Origin: Bryobacterales bacterium
GTDB taxonomy: Bacteria; Acidobacteriota; Terriglobia; Bryobacterales; UBA6623
NCBI GenBank assembly: GCA_965214915.1
Contig: CBDCCP010000003.1
Coordinates: 468,440-532,439, forward strand
Reading direction: 5' to 3'
Length of the DNA: 64,000 nt
The notes beneath the pieces are model-generated. The model was not told the origin of the DNA. It worked only from the letters and a program-made list of their open reading frames with translations, and did not search any database. Of this stretch, positions 36,210 to 46,263 are shown one piece after another; the stretch's first letter is position 1; each line of letters starts with the position of its first letter. The translations under genes were made by a program, and so were the position numbers.

Positions 36210-37543
36210 CTTGGCAAGGGAAACGCGTGCTGGTCGTCGGACTGGGCAAGTCCGGCTCGGCAGCGGCGCGCTTTTTGCTTGCCCGGGGCGCGTCGGTTGC
36301 GGTAACCGATACGCGCTCGGCGGACGAGCTCGGGCCGGCTGCAGCCGCGCTCGAGGGGCTGCCGGTCGAGCTTCATCTCGGCAGGCAAACGGAAAAGCTC
36401 TTTCTCGAGCAAGATGCGATCGTGCCGTCGCCGGGAGTGGCTTGGGATCATCCTTGCCTGGCCGCGGCCCGGAAGCGCGGAGTCCGCACTGTGGGCGAAC
36501 TGGATATCGCCGCCTCTTGTCTCCGCGGCCGCGTGATCGGCATCACCGGAACTAACGGCAAAACGACGACGACATCGTTGATCGGACACATCCTGGAGCA
36601 AGCCGGCCGCTCGGTCAGCGTCGCCGGCAACATCGGGACGCCGCTGCTGGCCACGGTCGACGACCCGCGCGCCGACCGGTGGCGCGTCCTGGAGTTGTCG
36701 AGCTTTCAACTCGAAGCATCGAGCTCGTTTCGTTGCCATATCGCGGTCGTCCTCAACATCACGCCCGATCATTTGGACCGCCATCGCACGTTCGACGCCT
36801 ATGCCGGCGCCAAGCGCCGCATTCTCTCCAACCAGAAACCCGCAGACTTCGCCGTTCTGAACGCGGACGACGCCTGCTGCCGCGAACTTGCGGGAGCCGT
36901 GGATTCTCAGTTGCTGTGGTTCAGCCGGGAACGGCGGGTCGAGCGGGGCGCCTCCGTCGATGCGCGGGGAATCGTGTCCGACGGCAGGTTCGTCTGCGCT
37001 CTCGACCTGCCCATCAAAGGGCCGCACAACCTTGAGAACGCCCTCGCCGCGGTGACGGCGGCAGCCGCCGCCGGCGTGCAGCCGGACGTCATCGGCCGCG
37101 CTCTGAAGTCCTTTCGGCCGGTCGAGCACCGCCTGGAGTTCGTGCGCAACGTGCAGGGCGTCTCCTACTACAACGATTCCAAGGCGACCAATGTCGATGC
37201 GGCTCTGCAAGCCTGCCGCTCATTCGACAAGGGGCTGTGGATCATTTTGGGCGGACGCGACAAGGGATCGGACTACCGCCCGCTGAGCGATGCGCTGGCG
37301 GACCGCGCGCGGCGCGTTCTGTTGATCGGCGAGGCCGCCCCGATCATTCGCGGGCACCTCGGCAACGCAGCGCCGATCGAAAATGTAGCCACGATGGAAC
37401 GCGCGGTGGCGTTCGCCCGAAGCCACGCGCAGCCGGGAGATTCCGTCGTCCTCGCGCCGGCCTGCGCCAGCTTCGATCAATTCGCCGATTACGCCGAACG
37501 CGGCCTTGCCTTCAAGCGGCTCGTCAAGGAATTGGAGAGCTGA
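36206..37543 (+). CDS. murD: UDP-MurNAc-L-Ala:D-Glu ligase
   Basis: GLGKSG, GTNGKTTT, ELSSFQL, NDSKATN, PACASFDQF. Confidence 0.97.
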   Translation: MTWQGKRVLVVGLGKSGSAAARFLLARGASVAVTDTRSADELGPAAAALEGLPVELHLGRQTEKLFLEQDAIVPSPGVAWDHPCLAAARKRGVRTVGELDIAASCLRGRVIGITGTNGKTTTTSLIGHILEQAGRSVSVAGNIGTPLLATVDDPRADRWRVLELSSFQLEASSSFRCHIAVVLNITPDHLDRHRTFDAYAGAKRRILSNQKPADFAVLNADDACCRELAGAVDSQLLWFSRERRVERGASVDARGIVSDGRFVCALDLPIKGPHNLENALAAVTAAAAAGVQPDVIGRALKSFRPVEHRLEFVRNVQGVSYYNDSKATNVDAALQACRSFDKGLWIILGGRDKGSDYRPLSDALADRARRVLLIGEAAPIIRGHLGNAAPIENVATMERAVAFARSHAQPGDSVVLAPACASFDQFADYAERGLAFKRLVKELES

Positions 37544-37544
37544 T

Positions 37545-38627
37545 ATGCCCAGCGCCCTACGCTACGACCGGTTGCTGTGCGGGACGATCCTCACGCTGAC
37601 GTTTTTCGGGCTGGTGATGGTCTTCAGCGCTACGACGGCCGCCTCGGAAACCACCTGGACCTACATTATCAAGCAGTCGATTGCGGCTTGCATCGGCCTG
37701 GGGGCGATGCGCTATCTGATGTTTTTCGATTACCGCCGGCTGCGGCAGGAAAAAATCGTCTTCGCGGTGTTGGGCGTTTCGGCGGTATTGCTGGTTCTGG
37801 CCGCGCTGCTCGGCACCGGAGCCAACACCCGACGTTTTTTGCGCTTATGGCACTTTTCGCTGCAACCGTCGGAATTGGCAAAACCGGCCCTCATCCTGTT
37901 TTTGGCTTTCTATCTCGAGCAGCGCCGCGAACGCCTCGGCGACTGGCGGACGGTCGCCGGCTTGGGCTTCATCATCGCCGTGCTCTCGCTGCTGATTTAC
38001 ATCGGACGGGACTTCGGCACGATGGCTTCCCTGCTGGCTCTGGCGGGAGTGATGCTCTTCGTAGCCGGCCTGCCGCTGCGCTTCATCGCGCTGGCCGGGG
38101 CGGCGCTCGCCCCGCTGATGTTTTTCTTTATCCGGCATGAGCCGTACCGGCTCCAGCGCTTGATTACATTTCTCGATCCGGGAGCCGACCCGCGCGGCAG
38201 CGGTTTTCAGATTCTGCAGTCGGAGATCGCGGTCGGATCGGGAGGCTGGTTCGGCCAGGGTTGGATGGCCGGCAAGCAGAAAATGCGCTTTCTGCCGGAA
38301 GCGCATACCGATTTCATCTTCGCCTTGATCGGCGAAGAGCTGGGCTTGCTCGGGGCCGTCTTTGTCGTCCTGGCTTTCGGCGTATTGTTATGGCGCGGCC
38401 TGCGGGCCGCCGCCAAGGCTCCGAATACTTTTGGATGTTACTTGGCGCTCGGCGTGACGGCCATGATTATTTTTCAGGCGATGTTCAACATGGGCGTCGT
38501 CCTGGCGTTATTGCCGACGAAAGGAATGCCGTTGCCGTTTATCAGCTACGGCGGCTCGGCGATGATTACGATGCTCGCGTCCTCGGGGGTGTTGCTGAAT
38601 GTCAGCCGTTATGCCGATCGCCCCTGA
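37545..38627 (+). CDS. ftsW: SEDS peptidoglycan polymerase FtsW
   Basis: QPSELAK, LPEAHTDFIF, GEELG, PFISYGGS. Confidence 0.96.
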   Translation: MPSALRYDRLLCGTILTLTFFGLVMVFSATTAASETTWTYIIKQSIAACIGLGAMRYLMFFDYRRLRQEKIVFAVLGVSAVLLVLAALLGTGANTRRFLRLWHFSLQPSELAKPALILFLAFYLEQRRERLGDWRTVAGLGFIIAVLSLLIYIGRDFGTMASLLALAGVMLFVAGLPLRFIALAGAALAPLMFFFIRHEPYRLQRLITFLDPGADPRGSGFQILQSEIAVGSGGWFGQGWMAGKQKMRFLPEAHTDFIFALIGEELGLLGAVFVVLAFGVLLWRGLRAAAKAPNTFGCYLALGVTAMIIFQAMFNMGVVLALLPTKGMPLPFISYGGSAMITMLASSGVLLNVSRYADRP

Positions 38628-39798
38628 CATCGATTCGAGCGCCGAAGCGGCGTTGCCGGCGGCAGTCGAGGCGGCCGCGGCGACGGCGGCAACGGTTTCC
38701 GCGGACGCCGGCGAGCGGTTTTTGATTGCAGCCGGCGGAACCGGCGGGCACGTGATCCCCGCTCTGCAGGTCGCGGCGGCATTGCGCAGCCGGGGCCATG
38801 AGTGCATCTTCGCGGGTACGGCCCGCGGGCTGGAAAACCGGCTGGTTCCGGCGGCGGGGTTCGCCTTGCGGCAGATGCGCATCGGGCCGCTGAACCGCGT
38901 TTCCTGGAGCCGCCGCTTGCGCACGGCGGCGGAGAGTCCGCGGGCGCTCCGCTCGGCTTGGCGGCTTCTGGATGAACTCGAACCCGCCGCGGTGTTGAGC
39001 ATGGGCGGCTACGCCTCCGGGCCGCTGGCGCTGGCTTGCGCGTTGCGCGAAACGCCGCTGGTTATCATGGAGCCTAACGCCAAGCCGGGCATGGCCAACC
39101 GCATCGCCGGCATGTTCGCCGCCCGCGCGCTGCTCGGATCGGAGGCGGCGGCGAAGTGTTTCCGCAACGGAATCGGCAGACAAACGGGCGTGCCGGTACG
39201 AGCGGAGTTTTTCCAGCGGGCGCCGCGGCCCGTGAATCGAGCATTTACCGTGTTGATCACGGGAGGGAGTCAGGGTTCGCGAAAGCTCAACGAGGCGGCG
39301 CTCGGCGCGGCCCGCTATTGGCGGGCGTCCGGCGCCGCAGCGCCTTGCATCGTGCATCAAACCGGGAGCAACGACTTCGCGCGGGTTCGCGGCGCTTACC
39401 GCGAGCTCGGATTCGATGCCGAGGCGGCCCCCTTCTACGACGACGCGCCGGCTCTTTACGCGCGCGCCGACTTGGTCGTCTGCCGCGCCGGGGCTTCGGC
39501 CGTCGCTGAGCTTTGCGCGGCGGGCAAGGCGTCGATCCTGGTTCCCTTCCCTCACGCGGCCGACAATCACCAGATCGTCAATGCTCGGGAGTTGGCCCAA
39601 GCCGGCGCAGCCCTCGTGGTCGCAGACAGCGAGTGGACGGGGGAGAAGATGGCCCGGACAGTGGACGGTTTGCGGTCGAGACCGGCCGATATCGAGAGGA
39701 TGGGATCGGCTGCCGCCGGCCGGGCCATGCCCCGGGCCGCCGAGCACGCCGCCGACGAGCTTGAAAGTATCGCCCGAACCAGAGGAGACAGAAAGTAG
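38611..39798 (+). CDS. murG: Lipid II GlcNAc transferase
   Basis: AGGTGGHVIP, GGYAS, GGSQG, RAGAS, HQIVNA. Confidence 0.96.
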   Translation: MPIAPDIDSSAEAALPAAVEAAAATAATVSADAGERFLIAAGGTGGHVIPALQVAAALRSRGHECIFAGTARGLENRLVPAAGFALRQMRIGPLNRVSWSRRLRTAAESPRALRSAWRLLDELEPAAVLSMGGYASGPLALACALRETPLVIMEPNAKPGMANRIAGMFAARALLGSEAAAKCFRNGIGRQTGVPVRAEFFQRAPRPVNRAFTVLITGGSQGSRKLNEAALGAARYWRASGAAAPCIVHQTGSNDFARVRGAYRELGFDAEAAPFYDDAPALYARADLVVCRAGASAVAELCAAGKASILVPFPHAADNHQIVNARELAQAGAALVVADSEWTGEKMARTVDGLRSRPADIERMGSAAAGRAMPRAAEHAADELESIARTRGDRK

Positions 39799-39800
39799 AA

Positions 39801-41267
39801 ATGTTGTTCAAAGAAATCGGCATTCGCGAGAGGCGGATTCATTTCATCGGGATCGGCGGCATCGGCATGAGCGGCATTGCCGAAATCCTGCTGAATCTGG
39901 GCTACGCCATTTCGGGCTCCGATCTACAGGAATCGGCCGTTACGCAACGGTTGCGCGGGCTGGGCGCGGCGGTCTCGATCGGGCACCGCGCCGACAACGT
40001 GGGCGGGGCCGAGGCAGTCGTTGTCAGCTCGGCGATCAGCGACTACAACGTCGAGTTGATGGAAGCGCGCCGGAGAAAAATTCCGGTAATCTTTCGCGGC
40101 GAGCTGCTGGCCGAGTTGATGCGTCTGAAATACGGCATCGCGGTCGGCGGCAGCCACGGCAAAACCACCACTTCATCGATCACGGCGTCGGTGCTCAGCT
40201 CGGGCGGGAAAGACCCTACCGTCGTGGTCGGCGGACGCGTCGATGCGATCGGCTCCAACGCCCGTCTCGGCAACAGCGATTTTTTGCTTGTCGAGGCCGA
40301 TGAATCGGACGGCTCGTTCCTGCACCTCGACCCGATCGTCGCCGTGGTTACGAACATCGACCGCGAACATCTCGATCATTACCATACCGTCGAAGCCCTC
40401 ACCGGAGCTTTTGTGCAGTTCGTCAACAAGGTGCCCTTTTACGGGACGGCGATCGTATGCATCGACGACCCGCACGTCAAGCTGATCGTACCGATGATCG
40501 AACGGCGTTACCGCACCTACGGCATCGAAGAACTCTCGCCGGAGGCCGACCTGGTAGCCGACGAAATCGCGCTGGGGCGCTTCGAAAGCTCCTTTCGGCT
40601 CCGTTACAGCGGCGAAGATCTAGGGAAATTCGAGATCCGCGGCGTCGGCATGCATACGGTTCGCAATGCCATGGCGGCGGTATTGGTGGGCCTCGAAGTC
40701 GATATTCCCGTGGAGAAAATTCGCGCCGGACTGGCGGCGTTCAGCGGCGTCGACCGCCGCTTCCAGAAGCGGGGCGAGGCGGCGGGCGTCACCGTGATCG
40801 ACGATTACGGCCACCACCCGACGGAGATCCGAGCGACTCTGCAAGCCGCGCGGAACTGCGCGTTCGAGGGAATCAACGTCATTTTTCAACCGCATCGATA
40901 CAGCCGCACGCACCTGATGCTCGACGAGTTCGCCGAGTGCTTCGCCGACTGCGCGCGCCTCTGGGTGGTCGATATTTATTCGGCCGGAGAAAAACCCTTG
41001 CCCGGCGTGAACAGCGCGCAGCTTGTGGAGAAGATCGCCGCGGCGGGACATCCGGCAGTCGAATACTGCGAGTCCATCGATGACGCGGTTCGCCGCGCGG
41101 TGGCGCAATCGCGCGCCGGCGAGGCCGTGATTACCCTTGGCGCGGGAAGTATCTGGCGCTACGGTGAAAGAATTCTGGAGGGTCTCGAGGCTGCGGAAGG
41201 CGAAGACAAGCAAACAAACGCACTCGGCGTTCGCGTTGAGCCGAAAGGATCGAAAAGACATGGTTAG
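39801..41267 (+). CDS. murC: UDP-MurNAc:L-Ala ligase
   Basis: IGIGGIGMSG, GSHGKTTT, EADESDGSF, DDYGHHPTE, FQPHRYSRT. Confidence 0.97.
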   Translation: MLFKEIGIRERRIHFIGIGGIGMSGIAEILLNLGYAISGSDLQESAVTQRLRGLGAAVSIGHRADNVGGAEAVVVSSAISDYNVELMEARRRKIPVIFRGELLAELMRLKYGIAVGGSHGKTTTSSITASVLSSGGKDPTVVVGGRVDAIGSNARLGNSDFLLVEADESDGSFLHLDPIVAVVTNIDREHLDHYHTVEALTGAFVQFVNKVPFYGTAIVCIDDPHVKLIVPMIERRYRTYGIEELSPEADLVADEIALGRFESSFRLRYSGEDLGKFEIRGVGMHTVRNAMAAVLVGLEVDIPVEKIRAGLAAFSGVDRRFQKRGEAAGVTVIDDYGHHPTEIRATLQAARNCAFEGINVIFQPHRYSRTHLMLDEFAECFADCARLWVVDIYSAGEKPLPGVNSAQLVEKIAAAGHPAVEYCESIDDAVRRAVAQSRAGEAVITLGAGSIWRYGERILEGLEAAEGEDKQTNALGVRVEPKGSKRHG

Positions 41268-42111
41268 AGAGAAACGAACAAAAGAAGTCGATGACTCGGC
41301 TTCGTACCTGCGCAGTAAAAAACCGCTGCGGGCAACGCGCGGCATCGTGCTGCCGAACTGGTCGTATCGCCGCATCCTCCCCATTTTGCTGGGGCTGGCG
41401 GCTGCCGTTTCCGGCGCTTACGCGCTCAACGATTACGTCAACTCGAGTGCGCGGTTTCGCGTCGACCCGCAAGCCGGCAACCCGCGCATCGCCGGATTGA
41501 AGGTGTTGGACGGCGAGAAGATTCGCAGCCTCTTCGCCGGCGATCTCGACCTGAGCATCAACGCCATGGATCTCGAGCAGCGCCGGCGGCAAGTCGAGCA
41601 GTTGCCCTGGGTGCGGCGCGCTTCCGTCGGCCGCATCTGGCCGAACAAGATCGTCGTCTATGTCGAAGAGCGTTCGCCGGTTGCTTTTCTACGGCTGCCC
41701 AACGAGGGCGGAACCCGCCTGATCGACTCCGCGGGCGTGATCCTGACGCCGGTCGAAGGCAAACAGTTCGACCTGCACGTCGTGAAAGGAATCGATCCTT
41801 CGATGGACGCCGGTGCGCGCAAGATTCGCATGAACCTGTTCGTCCGTCTGATGGACGCGCTGGATGCGCAGCAGCCTCGGTTCGGCGAATTCGTCTCCGA
41901 GATCGACATCGGCGATCCCAGGAACGCGGTGATCAGCGCGCTCTACAAGAAGGAAGTCATCGATCTCCAAATGGGCGATGAGCATTTGCGCCACCGTTTC
42001 GAAGTTTTTCTGAAATACATCGACACCTGGAAGGCGGAGTTCGGCCCCATCGCTTCGGCTGATTTACGCTTCGAAGATCAGGTGACCGTCACCCCGATAA
42101 AACGCAGCTAG
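41260..42111 (+). CDS. ftsQ: Cell division protein FtsQ/DivIB
   Basis: TM segment, POTRA (LPWVRRASVGRIWPNKIVVYVEER), C-terminal DLRF. Confidence 0.9.
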   Translation: MVREKRTKEVDDSASYLRSKKPLRATRGIVLPNWSYRRILPILLGLAAAVSGAYALNDYVNSSARFRVDPQAGNPRIAGLKVLDGEKIRSLFAGDLDLSINAMDLEQRRRQVEQLPWVRRASVGRIWPNKIVVYVEERSPVAFLRLPNEGGTRLIDSAGVILTPVEGKQFDLHVVKGIDPSMDAGARKIRMNLFVRLMDALDAQQPRFGEFVSEIDIGDPRNAVISALYKKEVIDLQMGDEHLRHRFEVFLKYIDTWKAEFGPIASADLRFEDQVTVTPIKRS

Positions 42112-42120
42112 GAGAAAACG

Positions 42121-43326
42121 GTGCGCAACAGACAGCCCTATCTCGCCGGTCTCGATATAGGCAGCGACGAAACGCGCTGCATGGTCGCGCTGGAAGAGAA
42201 CTCCCGGCTGCGCTTCATCGGTTACGGCGCGGCGCCTTCGCGAGGAACCGAGCGCGGCGTCATTACGGATCTCGAATGCGCTCTCGAATCCGTGCAGGCA
42301 GCCGTCGCAGAAACCGAGCGGAACGGCGGCATGCCGGTGGAAGCGGCGGTCGTCGGCGTCGGCGGCCCGCATGTGCGCAGCAACATCGCGCACAGCTACA
42401 CCGTTCTACGGGAAGGACAAGTCGAGGTCGGACAGAGCGATATCGATCAGGCATTCAAAAAGGCCGCGCAAATACCGCTGAGCGACGACCGCACGATCTT
42501 GCAGGTCGTTCCTCTCGAATTCGCAGTCGGAGTGGATGAGCACGTCAAGAATCCGCTAGGCCGTCCCGCGGAGCGCCTCGATGCGCGCGTACAGGTGCTT
42601 TCCGCGTCGGCGCAGGCTCACGGCAAGCTCCACGCCGTCGTCAACCGGGCGGGGGTCGTCGTGGAAGAAACCGTCTTCGAGGGCTTTGCCGCCGCCTATG
42701 CCGCGCTTGAAGAGCAAGAGCGCAGTCAGGAAGTCCTGCTCATCGACATCGGCGCCGGATCGAGTGACTTCGTCGCTTACATCGACGACGAGTTGCGGGC
42801 GGCGGGCAGTATCGGCATCGGCGGCGACCTGCTCGCGTCCGATGTGGCGCAAGTGCTCGACACGAGCACGGAAGTCGCCAAGCTGCTGATCGAGCAATAC
42901 GGTTGCGCGGTCTCGGAGGGAACGCCGGATAACGTTCATGTCGAGGTTCCCAATCGCGCAGGCGACGCAACGGCTTGCCGACCGCGCCTGCTGCTCAACA
43001 GAATTATCCAGGCGCGCGCGGAAGAATTATTCAAGTCGGTCGGCGCCGCGTTGAGGCGTGAAGGGATCGACAACGGCGCAATCGGCAGCATGGTGATCAC
43101 CGGCGGCGTCTCGGCTCTGGCCGGCCTGTGCGATCTGGGCGAGCGTGTGCTGAACGTCCAGGCGCGCATCGGCTTGCCGCCCAGACTCAAAGACCTTCCC
43201 GATGAGCTGGATCATCCCGGTTGGGCCTGCATGATGGGCTTGGTACTCTATGCCCAGCGACTGCAATTGCATCGCTCCCGGCGCCGCGACCGCATTTCCG
43301 ATTGGCTCAGATCTCTTGTGGGTTAA
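42121..43326 (+). CDS. ftsA: Cell division protein FtsA
   Basis: GLDIGS, IDIGAGSS, VITGG, C-terminal amphipathic helix. Confidence 0.95.
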   Translation: MRNRQPYLAGLDIGSDETRCMVALEENSRLRFIGYGAAPSRGTERGVITDLECALESVQAAVAETERNGGMPVEAAVVGVGGPHVRSNIAHSYTVLREGQVEVGQSDIDQAFKKAAQIPLSDDRTILQVVPLEFAVGVDEHVKNPLGRPAERLDARVQVLSASAQAHGKLHAVVNRAGVVVEETVFEGFAAAYAALEEQERSQEVLLIDIGAGSSDFVAYIDDELRAAGSIGIGGDLLASDVAQVLDTSTEVAKLLIEQYGCAVSEGTPDNVHVEVPNRAGDATACRPRLLLNRIIQARAEELFKSVGAALRREGIDNGAIGSMVITGGVSALAGLCDLGERVLNVQARIGLPPRLKDLPDELDHPGWACMMGLVLYAQRLQLHRSRRRDRISDWLRSLVG

Positions 43327-43338
43327 TGAAAGATTGTC

Positions 43339-44763
43339 ATGATCGAAGAAGCTCCTTCTCCCTCCGATGCAGCGAACGACGCCGAGAGCGGCGCGGTGAA
43401 ATTCACTTTCGACGAAGATCCCCCGCCCACTGCCTGCATCAAGGTCGTCGGCGTCGGCGGCGGCGGCTGCAACGCCGTCAACCGCATGATCGAAGCAGGC
43501 ATCGAGGGCATGCAGTTCGCCGCCGTCAATACGGACCTGCAGGCTCTTCGCGTTTCCCGCGCGCCGGTGAAGCTGCAACTGGGCGCGCAACTGACTCGGG
43601 GCTACGGCGCGGGCTCCGATTACAAAATCGGACGCAGCGCGGCGCTCGAAGATACCGAGCGCTTGGTCGAGTTGCTCAGCAACGCCGAAATGGTGTTCGT
43701 GGCCGCCGGGCTCGGCGGCGGGACAGGCACGGGCGCAGCCCCGATCATCGCCTCGCTGGCCAAGGAAATGGGCGCGCTTACCGTTGCCGTCGTCACCAAG
43801 CCGTTCGCATTCGAAGGCGCGCGGCGCATGGAAATCGCCGAGCAGGGCCTGGCCGAATTGGCCGAGACGGTCGACACGGTCATCACCATCCCCAACGAAC
43901 GCCTGCTCGCGCATGTCGACCGCGGGACGAGCTTCTTCGAATCGTTCCGCATTGCCGACGACATCCTTATCCAAGCCGTCCAGGGAATCGGCGACATCAT
44001 CGCCATTCCGGGAGTTATCAACTGCGACTTCGCCGACGTGCGCGCCATCATGACGGGCATGGGGCACGCCATTATGGGCACGGCGACGCACGGCGGCGAC
44101 AGCGCCGCCGCCGAGGCGGCCCGCGCCGCGATTTCGAGCCCCTTGCTCGAAAACGCCAATATCGACGGGGCGCGCGGCATCTTGATCAACATTACCGGCT
44201 CCTCGCAGTTGGGACTGCACGAGGCGCATGAGGCGTCGACGATCGTTCAGAAAGCCGCAAATGAAAACGCGAACATCATCTTCGGCGTAGTATCGAAAGA
44301 CTCGATGGGCGAGAACGTCAAGGTCACGGTGATCGCAACGGGGTTCCGCCATCCGCGGGCGGACGCCGCGGAGGAGGCCGGCGCCTTTTCGTTTTCGCAG
44401 TCCGCGGCAACCGATCCCGCGCCGGCGACGGATTCAGCGCTCGCGGATGCGCAACGGAAGGACGCGCCGCAGCCCCCTATTGCCGAGCAGCTCGACGAAC
44501 CCGAAGGCGAGAGGGAAACGGCCCCGGCCGAGGAAGATATCGACCGCCCGGCATTCTTCCGCAGCCACTTCAGCGGGGCGGAGCTCGCGGCAACCGATCC
44601 CGCGCCGGCGGCCGATGCGGCGGCCTCGGAGCGGCAACAGACAGACGCGCCGCTGCTCCCTGTCTCCAAGAAATCCGACAGTCCCGACGGCGAACCGGAA
44701 AAGACGCCGGTCGAGGAGGAAGATGACGACCGCCCGGCATTCTTCCGCCGTCACTTCAGATAG
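43339..44763 (+). CDS. ftsZ: Cell division GTPase FtsZ with a duplicated C-terminal tail
   Basis: [30 protein letters not shown]; two DRPAFFR peptides. Confidence 0.98.
   Translation: MIEEAPSPSDAANDAESGAVKFTFDEDPPPTACIKVVGVGGGGCNAVNRMIEAGIEGMQFAAVNTDLQALRVSRAPVKLQLGAQLTRGYGAGSDYKIGRSAALEDTERLVELLSNAEMVFVAAGLGGGTGTGAAPIIASLAKEMGALTVAVVTKPFAFEGARRMEIAEQGLAELAETVDTVITIPNERLLAHVDRGTSFFESFRIADDILIQAVQGIGDIIAIPGVINCDFADVRAIMTGMGHAIMGTATHGGDSAAAEAARAAISSPLLENANIDGARGILINITGSSQLGLHEAHEASTIVQKAANENANIIFGVVSKDSMGENVKVTVIATGFRHPRADAAEEAGAFSFSQSAATDPAPATDSALADAQRKDAPQPPIAEQLDEPEGERETAPAEEDIDRPAFFRSHFSGAELAATDPAPAADAAASERQQTDAPLLPVSKKSDSPDGEPEKTPVEEEDDDRPAFFRRHFR
44403..44760 (+). repeat. ~183-bp imperfect tandem duplication in the ftsZ 3' region
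   Basis: CGCGGCAACCGATCCCGCGCCGGCG at 44403 and 44586; GACCGCCCGGCATTCTTCCGC at 44542 and 44728. Confidence 0.92.
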
Positions 44764-44895
44764 TGGAGAGCGGTCAGTGGCGGGCGGCGAGTTGAAGACC
44801 GTTGCGCGGGGCGCCCGGGCGCGGCTGCGGCGCAAAGCCGAAGCGCTCCTGCCGGTCCGCGTTTGCTCTCCACTCTTCACGCTCCGCTCTCCACT
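44762..44895. repeat. Inverted pair of heptamer-periodic arms (STRR-like hairpin)
   Basis: Left arm AGTGGAG-AGCGGTC-AGTGGCG-GGCGGCG; right arm TCTCCAC-TCTTCAC-GCTCCGC-TCTCCAC-T; outer 12 bp perfectly complementary. Confidence 0.65.
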
Positions 44896-46216
44896 GATTT
44901 TCGCCTCGCTGTTGGCCTGCGCTCCGCAGCCCGAAACGGTCGACGAAGCCCCCCAGCCGAACGTGATTATCCTTCTGGCCGACGATCTCGGTCACGGCGA
45001 CACCGGCCATACCGGCGTAACCGATATCGCCACGCCGCATATCGACCGGCTGGCGACCGAAGGCGTGCAGATCGCGCACGCCTACGCCAACGGCCCGGTT
45101 TGCACGCCGACCCGCGCCGCGCTGTTGAGCGGCTGGTATCAGCAGCGCACGGGCGCCGACCGGGTGATCTACGTCGCGGAAAGAGAAGTCGGCATGCATC
45201 CATCGGTCGAGTTGCTCCCCAAATTCTTGAAGCAAGCAGGCTACGCGACGGGCATTTTCGGCAAGTGGCACCTCGGCTTTCCCAAGGAGGGTTACCCCAC
45301 TCGTAAAGGCTTCGACGAATTCGTCGGCTTCGTCTCCGGCAATATCGACTACTTCGCGCATACCGACCGCCTGGAAAATCACGACCTCTGGCGCGGCGAG
45401 GAAGAGATTTTCTCCGATCGCTACTTCACCGACCTGATCGGCGACGAGGCCGTCGATTTCATCCGCCGCCATGCCCGGGAACCGTTTTTCCTCTATGTGC
45501 CGTTCAACGCCCCGCACGATCCGTTTCAGGGGCCCGAGCACCGCGCCACGGCCGGCGATCAGCGCGTCACGCGCGTCGTCAACCGTAAACGAACGGTGCT
45601 GAAGAGCATGGTGGAATCCATGGACGCCAATATCGGGCGGATTCTCGACTGCATCGACGAAGAGGGCCTGGCCGAAGAGACCGCGGTCTTCTTCATGAGC
45701 GACAACGGGGGCGTGCCGGGCGTTTCGACCAATACTCCCTTCCGCGGCTACAAAACGACGCTGTGGGAAGGCGGCATTCGCAGCCCGTTTTACGCCCGCT
45801 GGAGCGGGCGGTTCCCGGCCGGGCGCAAAATCGAGGACGCAATGGCGATCGGCATGGACCTGTTCGCAACAACGCTGGCCATCGCCGGCGCCCCGTTGCC
45901 CGCCGACCGCGTCCCCGACGGCGTGAACCTGTTGCCGCTGCTCGACGGCAGCGGCGGCATCGACCGCGACACGCTCTATTTCCGCTATCGGAATCCCGGA
46001 CGCGTCCTGCAGAAGGCGATGGTGCAAGGCGGTTGGAAGTATCTGAGCGACGAAAAGGGCGAAGAGCATCTGTTTCATCTGGCCCAGGACGCCGGCGAAG
46101 AGCGCGATCTGAAAGAAGCGGAAGCGGAGCGCTTCGCGCGGATGAAAAAAACCTGGGCCGACTGGGAAGCGCGCGTGCTGCAAGGCGCGCCGGCGCTGCC
46201 CGAATACCGCCCTTAA
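44777..46216 (+). CDS. Arylsulfatase A-like sulfatase, probable lipoprotein
   Basis: LLAC lipobox, PNVIILLADDLG, CTPTR, GKWHLG, SDNG; start uncertain. Confidence 0.9.
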   Translation: MAGGELKTVARGARARLRRKAEALLPVRVCSPLFTLRSPLIFASLLACAPQPETVDEAPQPNVIILLADDLGHGDTGHTGVTDIATPHIDRLATEGVQIAHAYANGPVCTPTRAALLSGWYQQRTGADRVIYVAEREVGMHPSVELLPKFLKQAGYATGIFGKWHLGFPKEGYPTRKGFDEFVGFVSGNIDYFAHTDRLENHDLWRGEEEIFSDRYFTDLIGDEAVDFIRRHAREPFFLYVPFNAPHDPFQGPEHRATAGDQRVTRVVNRKRTVLKSMVESMDANIGRILDCIDEEGLAEETAVFFMSDNGGVPGVSTNTPFRGYKTTLWEGGIRSPFYARWSGRFPAGRKIEDAMAIGMDLFATTLAIAGAPLPADRVPDGVNLLPLLDGSGGIDRDTLYFRYRNPGRVLQKAMVQGGWKYLSDEKGEEHLFHLAQDAGEERDLKEAEAERFARMKKTWADWEARVLQGAPALPEYRP

Positions 46217-46263
46217 CGCCTTAGTCCGCGCCCCGCAGCGGTCTTGCTATGCACTGATGATGT

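Noticed and set aside
41260-41267. murB and ddl missing between murC and ftsQ
   Set aside because: These genes often lie outside the dcw cluster; murC and ftsQ overlap cleanly with no scar.
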